A stretch of DNA of 64,000 nucleotides from Lingula anatina (Eukaryota > Animalia > Brachiopoda), in the NCBI GenBank assembly GCA_051362555.1, contig CM120648.1, positions 9,048,587-9,112,586 of the forward strand. Reading direction: 5' to 3'. This document shows, piece by piece, positions 56,603-64,000 of this stretch. Made by a program: the position numbers and the translations under genes. The notes beneath the pieces were generated by a model. The model was not told where the DNA came from. It was given only the letters and a program-made list of their open reading frames with translations, and did no database searches. Positions within the stretch are counted from its first letter, which is position 1, and each line of letters begins with the position of its first letter.

Positions 56603-57013
56603 GCTCACGTGACCTCGTGACGTGATGATAAAGATTTTTTTATTACTGACATTCAAACCAAAAAGAAAATAATGAAAGAATAAAATTTTGGTGTTTATTA
56701 TGAAGCGACAATTTAAGTGCAACATTTACAAATTAATCGGCATCAAAAGTTAATGTAGTTTTACAAAAAGGGTGGTTATTTCAGAAGTTCCCGTCCAAAA
56801 GATCTTTAATAAATTAGAAAGGTGCACCTTATTTGAAAAGTTTGTGAAAATATCAGTATTTACACAGCGTTTGGGTTATTTTCCAAGGTTTTATTGATTT
56901 AATTATAGATATTATATGTATATTCCATAAATAGAAATATTTGTGTCACATGACATGTTCGTGATAAGCTGTACGTGGAGCAAGGTAAAGGTCACCAAGC
57001 GGCAAGATGGCGG
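56600..57013. promoter_or_regulatory. Putative bidirectional promoter between GAPDH and SLC25A11
   Basis: Divergent 5' ends about 400 bp apart. E-box TCACGTGAC (56605-56613), TGACGTGA (56618-56625), GTCACATGAC (56945-56954), HRE-like TACGTG (56972-56977), and YY1-like AAGATGGCGG over the SLC25A11 ATG, with an AT-rich core between. Confidence 0.6.
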
Positions 57014-57924
57014 ATCAAGGGATACCCAAGAGTGTTAATTTCCTCTTTGGGGGAAGCGCGGGGTAAGAATATGTTGGCATTTAGTAAAGGGGCAGCTCCA
57101 GGTTCTGTGCTATTCGTCATTTCAATTTTCTTTTCATCGCAAAACGAAGCGAATGAAAGATTTTGCCCTGCGATCTTCCGAATGAACGGGAACGCATTGG
57201 TATTTAGAGGTCAACGATGTCATTACAGATTTTAGCAGAGAGATTTTAAAAGGTTCCTCCTGTGCCAAGACCATTGTGAGATTAGACTGTACACCAAATT
57301 TTAGAAGATAACGCAAACATGTATGGGTACTTCCACTGTATTACCCCCCCCCCCCCCCCCAAGTGTGGTTGCTTAAAGCCCACTTTGATCAGTTAGTGAA
57401 TTGAAAAAACATGTGAAATGATTTTACAATACACCACCCTAGTAAATCACAATGCAAAATTACATCTTTCAAGTATTTTTAAACAAATTGCATAAAAATG
57501 CCTGTTTAATACACCCTTTCTAGCTTGTTTATATTCCATATCATGCAAGATTTCTGAACAAAGAACATACAATAAAAACTCAAAATAAAATAATTAGCAT
57601 TGTCATTTGACCCTCAATACATGCCATGCTTACAGTACCCTACATGTTGCAGGCTGCAACCTCAATCCATATAAACACATTTATCTTTTAATGATTTTAA
57701 GTTACAATGTTTATAAAAGGTGCAAACATAATATTCCATTGCCTTTCAGCATGCTGGCAACATGCTTTGTGCAACCCTTGGATGTGGTGAAGAACAGATT
57801 GCAATTAAGTGGTGCGTAAGTTTCCCAGAACATTGTACATAGAAAAACAAAGTACTGCTTGTTTGATTAAATTAGCTATATAATGCATTTCACCAAAAAT
57901 GCACTGGCATCGGTCTGTCACAGT

Positions 57925-57961
<37 letters not shown>

Positions 57962-60900
57962 TTTTTGTATCAGTGTATCTGTGCTCCTGTTTTTACGAAG
58001 AGGCATAAGTAATTGACTACCCGAATTTTTCTGTATGTTTGTCAGCTTTGGTGTCTAGTCAAGCCAAGTACGGATATCACATTATATTCTAGGAGAAGGA
58101 GGGGCGCCTAGGCTCTACAACAGTTCCTTTGACGCCATCAGGGCCATCTATGTGAAGGAAGGATTTAATGGCTTGTTTGCTGGGTAAGTACACTTTCTCT
58201 CTTGAGACAGGCTGTTAGACAGACAGACAGGGTAAGCTATGCTGAGATGCTGAGAGATAGTTGAACAGACAAATGGGTAGACATGCAGACAGATACAGAC
58301 ATACGAAATGATAACATTATTGACAGATAGACAATCAGACAGACTGACAAGGTGACAGATAGACAAGTTGACAGACTGCCAAGGTGACAGATAGACAATC
58401 AGACAGACTGACAAGGTGACAGATAGACAGACACATACACACTCACACATTTGGGCATAGATGCTGAGAGGTAATTGAACATGCAGAAGGATAGACATGC
58501 AGACACACACAGACATACGAAATGATAGCATTATTGACAGATATATACTGTCAGACATTGATATGACATCAAAGATAATATTAATACAATTTTGATTTAT
58601 TAGTTCTCTCTCTTTTGATCTGCAGTCTTTCAGCAGGGTTGCTAAGGCAGGCAACATACACTACTACCAGGCTTGGGATCTATACTACTCTCTTGGATAG
58701 GGTCAGGGCTAGGTAAGGTCAATTTGCATTCAGTTAAAATAATGAAACTGAGAGTGTATTCAGAACAGCGGACTAACAGATACCCTGGTCAAATGTTGTG
58801 ACCCACTATTGACATTGCATTCATGCGGACTGACCATATTTGATCCTTAGATTTGTTAGTCTGCTGTTCTGAATGTGCTGTAAGATACGTTGATAAAAAA
58901 CATTATTGGAACTTCCAGTTGTGAGAATGCATTTTCATGACTTTTTTTTTTGTTCTTACTGTTAACAGCCCGAGTCCTTGTAAAAAGTTGGCAACATTGT
59001 CTAAGGGCCTGTTCAGAACCAAGCTGATTTGTGGACTAACTGATCTGCGGATCAAATATGGACGACCCACTTAAAAGAGTAACGCTTAATCCAGTAATGC
59101 ATTCCCCACAGAGATTACAGGCATACTTTCAAGTAAGTCTGCCATATTTGATCTGCAGATCATTGAGTCCATGGATTCAACTTGGTTTTAAACAGGGCCT
59201 AAATCATAGCATTGCAAATCAGTGAATTTTAGACAGGGACATTTGTGGATGAAAGTGTTTTCTTGTCTTTCACAGGAACCAGGGGGAAAATCCTAATTTT
59301 GCTTCTTTGTTGGCTATTGGTCTTGTTGCTGGTGGTTGTGGGGCAGTCGTTGGAACCCCCGCTGAGATTTCCCTCATACGAATGTGTGCTGATGGCAGGT
59401 AAGTTTGTGTGAGTTTGTGCACACGTGATCGAATGCATGTGTGCATGTTGCACCAGGGCCTTACAAAAACTTGATGCTCAAAACCATTTCACTCCCAAGG
59501 GGATTAATTTTTTTGTTATGAAATTTTTCCCACTAGTATCAGCACTAGTGGGCTAGACATGGTCTTAAAGTGCAATTTAAGTTCACAAGTGATCTTACAC
59601 GATCTTAATCATTACAACAGAAGTCTTAAAATGGACTGAATCTGCTTTTAAGATCAAAAATGATCTAACATTTATTTAAGTGGTCAAGCAGTTTCCTCCC
59701 GTCACAAGGGGACACCTCCCCTCACAATAGAGGACACCTCTGCTCACAATAGGAGAATGTGTAAGGGGAGGTCTGGTCTTACACATGTTTTAAGATCATG
59801 TTTTAAGATCATTTGTGTTTTTTAATTGCACTTTAAGACCAAATGAAGCCCACTAGTGCAGCAGATTTCCAACTTTATGGGAGCCAAAAGTATTATTTTT
59901 GAGCCAGATACAGAGGGCCTCATGCGATTTTTTTCAGAATTTTTCACTAACTAGCAGTCTCATCCCTGGTATTTAGAAACACTAAATATGTGCACTCGCA
60001 CACGTGAAAGTACACACACATACATACACACGCATACATACACTAAGATGTGTGCAGGTGAATTTAATTTCTTTTAAAAATTTAACTTTTCATGAGAATA
60101 ACTTACCAGGTCTTTTGTTGCTTTCAATTCTACATTGTTATGTAAAGAAGAATATGATTGCAGCGGAAGGAGTGAGGGAGGGGCAAAAAAAGAGACAGAG
60201 AGTGAGAGCAGACATGCTGAGAACTTTTCAGAATGGTCGGACATTTGGACTGGCAGTAATGACTGGCTTACTAGTACTTTATTTGTGAATGTGACAGGTT
60301 TGAAATGGAAGTGAAAAAACACTTTGGGTCTTATATAATTTTATTAGTGAAGTATGCCGAATGATGACTGTAAATTCAAAATTGCAGCTCTTAAAACTCT
60401 TGTCGGTCCTTTGGACCGACCGAGTCCAATTTTTTTACCAGTCCAGACAAATTTTGCCATTCATGCTGATCAGACCGACAGTTTCAGCATGTCTGTTAGA
60501 GGAAACCCAAATAAGCCTGCAATACACATGTTGCAATATTCCAGGTTACCAAAAGAACAACAGAGAGGGTACACCAATGTGTTTAATGCTTTGTCAAGAA
60601 TAACGAAAGAAGAGGGAATTGCCACATTGTGGAGGGTATGGCTACTTTATGTGATATTTCAGTTATTCTGAAAAATTCCATAATATGAAATGAAGTAAGC
60701 AATGAAACACCACATCAGGAATTAAGCCATGAGAAGCTTAGAGAAGTACATGTTAATGAATGCAATATTTATTTATTATGTGGTAGAGAACAAGTGTGGT
60801 TTTTTGCTAGATTCATGTTTACAAAATGACACCTATTTTAAACCATCTGTCTTGAACTTAGTATTTTGGCCTCTACTCTCTGGCTTTACCGCTGCACACA

Positions 60901-63053
60901 CCCCTATCTCTCACCTTGACTGTGTTATTGACCTTGACCCTGTGTTGAACTATGACCTTGACCTGGTTCCAGGGTTGCCTCCCCACAGTTGGCCGTGCTA
61001 TGGTGGTGAATGCTGCACAACTGGGCACCTACTCCCGGGCAAAACAGATGCTTCTCAAAACAGGTGAATGTTAGGGTGCCTCCCATAGATTTAGATCGAT
61101 CTAAAGATTAAGTTATAGGGTCTATTCCCACAACTTTAGATCGATCTATCACTGCGGGGAGTCTCACTAGATTACTGTCAGATAATCCGCCTTAAGTGTC
61201 CGTCCCCGCCTACTACAAGCTGTAAGGGGTAATTAACTTTTGTGTCCGCCCGGCTGACAGCTATTTAGCGTGAACCCCCAGGGAGTAAGGTCGATCTAAT
61301 CTATGGAAATGGGCTGTTAGATCGACCTAACTCCCTGGGGGTTCACACTTAATTGCAGTCAGCCGAGCGGGCACCATAGTTGATTACCCCCTTTTAGGTG
61401 GGACAGACGCTTAAGCCAGCCAAGCTGACAGTAATCTAGTGGGACTCCTCACAGGGATAGATGGAACTAAAAATCTATGGAAATGGGGCGTAACACACAT
61501 GTTCAAATGCTTGCACACACACACACGAACACACACTCAAGTACAAACCAACAAATGCGCTCACAGATGTGCACACTAACACACTCTCATACATGCACAC
61601 ACACACACATACTTTTACACGTATACATGCTTCCATACACACATTTATCTAATTGCGTTATGACTGATTTATCATTTTACTTCCTTTGGTAAATTATTTG
61701 AATCAAGGAAGCAATGAATTTTTTTATTTTTTTGATTGATAAAGAGAAAATATGTCAAGTGAAAATTATTTAATTATATATACATTTGCTGTGTTTATGG
61801 AATATTTCAGGTTATTTCCGTGATAATCTTTTCTGCCACTTTAATGCCAGTATGATCAGTGGTCTGGTAACAACCATTGCCTCCATGCCAGTGGATATTG
61901 TGAAAACCAGGTATGGCTTCCTTCCTGACTGTATGAAAATATTGTAAAGCTCGTTGAACTGTTATTTTCTAAACCAGGAATGTCATTGTTCTTGTCATAT
62001 ATGTAATAAAAAAAATATGTGAATAGTTGCTAAAATTGGGTTTTAACCATTTGTAGAGCTTGTTTCTTGGGAAGAAATGTGAAGCTGTTTAAATCCTTAT
62101 TTTTTAAAAATCAGGTTAAAACCAGATATGGTTTGTTTCTAGTAAAGTAATATTAATCCATATGAACGCTAATTGTCTAAACTAGGCATGATTTGTTTCA
62201 TGTATAAAAGAAGGCTGATTGGACTGAAGTTGGGATGAAATGTAGGTTTTTTTGCAGTTTCCTGGGGTGCCTACTGAAGCTGCTAAACAATAATTAATTA
62301 CCTACTAGCAGCTTCAGTAGGTGTGACAGACATCTAAGCCACTTAAGTTGATTGCAATTTAGCGAGAATCTCCTCGGAGATGGATCAATCCACAGTTAGT
62401 ACGATAGGGTCTAGGAATGGTCCCTATGAAGCAGAGTGATGTTCGTTACATGTGAATAAGCAGGTAGTCAGGAAGATGTGAAAATGAACTTGTCATTTTA
62501 TAGCCCACTTTCTGTCTTGTTTTAGGTTACAAAATATGAAAGTCGTAAGTGGAGTGCCGGAATACTCTGGTGCCATAGTAAGTATTGATATATGATGTTC
62601 AAGTAAAAAAAAATAATTGTTAGAAGATAGTTGAGATAAAAGATTTGCTGTAACTTTCTCCTGATACTTTTAGTTTGTTCTGTCTAGTTTGTTCTGTTTT
62701 CAGTCCTACAATTCATCAATCTCAGTGCGTGAAAATCTGTTTTTCAATGAACTAATTTTTTTTACTCCTATTATTTTTTATCAATGAAAATATCTTTTAA
62801 GATCTTAAGATATTTTACATTTAAAAACATTGCTCTCGACTCATTTTAATCCCTTATTTGTTTTATTTTTTAAATTCAGAACTGCTTCACACGCGTAATC
62901 AAGGTAGAAGGCGTGTTCAGTCTATGGAAGGGTTTCATGCCGTACTATTTCCGCCTTGGTCCTCATACGGTGCTCACCTTCATATTCTTGGAATTTTTTA
63001 TCAAGACCTACAAGAAGACTAAGGGCATTGAAGGCTCATCAGGTGGTCTCTGA
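57007..63053 (+). CDS. SLC25A11: Mitochondrial 2-oxoglutarate/malate carrier, 308 aa, 10 exons
   Basis: Exons 57007-57062, 57750-57811, 58093-58183, 58626-58712, 59276-59398, 60545-60635, 60973-61063, 61811-61910, 62526-62577, 62880-63053 (927 nt). Carrier signatures QPLDVVKNRLQ, TPAEISLIRM and MPVDIVKTRLQ, plus OGC-typical LSAGLLRQATYTTTRLG, RAMVVNAAQL and RLGPHTVLTFIFLE. Confidence 0.96.
58204..58556. repeat. Degenerate (GACA/GATA)n microsatellite with internal duplications, intronic
   Basis: Repeated GACAAGGTGACAGATAGACA and a duplicated GATGCTGAGA…AGACATACGAAATGATA block. Confidence 0.75.
58752..59202. mobile_element. Two related Harbinger-like MITEs (58752-58880 and ~59004-59200)
   Basis: TTCAGAACAGCGGACTAACA / TGTTAGTCTGCTGTTCTGAA and GGGCCTGTTCAGAACCAAG / CTTGGTTTTAAACAGGGCC. 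They share the internal CCATATTTGATC motif; the second is flanked by TAA. Confidence 0.7.
59543..59858. mobile_element. MITE with CACTAGTGGG termini
   Basis: CACTAGTGGGCT…GGTCTTAAAGTGCAATT / AATTGCACTTTAAGACC…AGCCCACTAGTG; CAG on both flanks. Confidence 0.7.
60209..60495. mobile_element. hAT-like MITE
   Basis: TIRs CAGACATGCTGA / TCAGCATGTCTG; flanks TGAGAG / TTAGAG (6-bp TSD with one mismatch); subterminal GGAC/GTCC repeats. Confidence 0.65.
61073..61489. mobile_element. TAGATCGATCTA-family MITE with an inverted copy of itself (~61107-61315) inserted inside
   Basis: The outer CCCATAGATTTAGATCGATCTA…(resumes ~61317)…AATCTATGGAAATGGGGC is colinear with 54799-55008; the inner segment is its reverse complement. 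Confidence 0.75.
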
Positions 63054-64000
63054 AGAGGGTTTCTCTTAAGATCCAGGAAGGGAGTCCCAGAATTACAAAA
63101 CATAGGTTTATGTCGGATTCAGTGCAGAGCAGAGAATTACAACATTACAACTATCACACAGGATGCTGTTAATATAAACTGTTAGTCCTTAAATATTTTT
63201 GGTCTTATTCAGTTCAGGATAAGTCTGCAGTTGTCTACTAAAACAGAGTGGAGAATATTTTATTTAGAACAGAAACTATTTCTTTCTTGTTATCACAAGG
63301 ATGCAATGTTTGTTTGAATTGGACTGCCAGTGCTTTGAGTAAGACAATTTTTCCTTCTTTCTTTTTTTTTTTTCTTTTCTTTTTCTTGAAACAGGACCAT
63401 GGTCACATTTTCTTTCTTTAAAAAGTTACAATATTGCATAGACTCTAACTTCTACCCATTTCATATAGATGGTTACAATGAGGGTGGCATTTGCAGGTCC
63501 CGATCCAGATGTGCTCGCTACCAAGCCATCTGTAACAGGCAAAAGGGACCGTAAGCCCCCTTTACACTGGAAGGTGTTCTTTCTGCATCCCGTAGTACGA
63601 CACCGTTGGAGAGTGAAAAAAATAATAATCATTTAAAGCAATAATAACTCTTCGTTTCGGCCAAAAAATGAATTTTCCTGGAGTAAACAACAATTTTCCC
63701 ATACTTTCCAATGGTTAATGAATCCATTTTTACATTCAAAGTTGGTCCCTGGTTTTTTTCTAAAAAGTTTGGTTTTTTGTTAAAATCTCTTAAGAGATTT
63801 TAACATAGTATAGCCATCAATGGAGGTCACGTGGTCTAAAGACAAGCTCAGATATCAGAATAATAGCTATAACTGCTTTTTTGTGGTAAAACAGAATATA
63901 CTATATTTCTATGAGTTATTCACAAGGTTTTTATTGTGAAATATAGATCTCATACGAAGAGTTATTACCCCTTTAAGGGATAACAACTGTTCATTTTGGC

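Noticed and set aside
58148-58657. 169-aa minus-strand ORF rich in C/L/S/V
   Set aside because: It is a translation of the (GACA/GATA)n microsatellite, antisense to SLC25A11.
60361-60470. ATGATGA…CTGA as an intronic C/D-box snoRNA
   Set aside because: It lies within a TIR-bounded MITE (60209-60495), and I see no terminal stem or recognisable rRNA complement.
63051-63190. Readthrough extension after the SLC25A11 TGA
   Set aside because: The extension ends in …NINC* with no targeting motif and no readthrough context.
63426-63632. GC-richer minus-strand segment as the last exon of a convergent gene
   Set aside because: An acceptor-like site is present, but there is no recognisable protein and no upstream exon within the window.
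63822-63845. GGAGGTCACGTGGTCTAA as a tRNA or SINE A-box
   Set aside because: No B-box or cloverleaf follows; it is a fragment at most.

Overview
This is eukaryotic, AT-rich, intron-containing DNA from what looks like an invertebrate animal; the taxon cannot be fixed from sequence alone. From left to right it holds: (1) the two-exon C-type lectin domain of a + strand gene; (2) a 2.3-kb Tc1/mariner element (TA TSD, 25-bp TIRs) carrying an internally deleted transposase and a divergently oriented BEN-domain-like ORF; (3) a two-exon class-A GPCR on the - strand with an unusually long Cys-rich ectodomain; (4) a decayed tandem duplicate of the lectin/GPCR tail-to-tail pair; (5) a ~3,800-aa intrinsically disordered protein on the - strand with one 10-kb exon and many PP1 (SILK/RVxF) and calcineurin (PxIxIT/LxVP) docking-like motifs; (6) a neighbouring ~515-aa low-complexity gene; (7) GAPDH (-) and the mitochondrial 2-oxoglutarate/malate carrier SLC25A11 (+) head-to-head across about 400 bp. 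Many MITEs and DNA transposons are scattered through the window. The strongest leads are a cryptic in-frame PTS1-like extension (…TSKI*) behind the GAPDH TGA stop, the NADH-linked GAPDH/SLC25A11 divergent pair, the BEN-carrying Tc1 element, the giant putative phosphatase scaffold and the unassigned GPCR ectodomain. All gene models were spliced by eye from GT-AG signals and phase continuity; no database searches were run.
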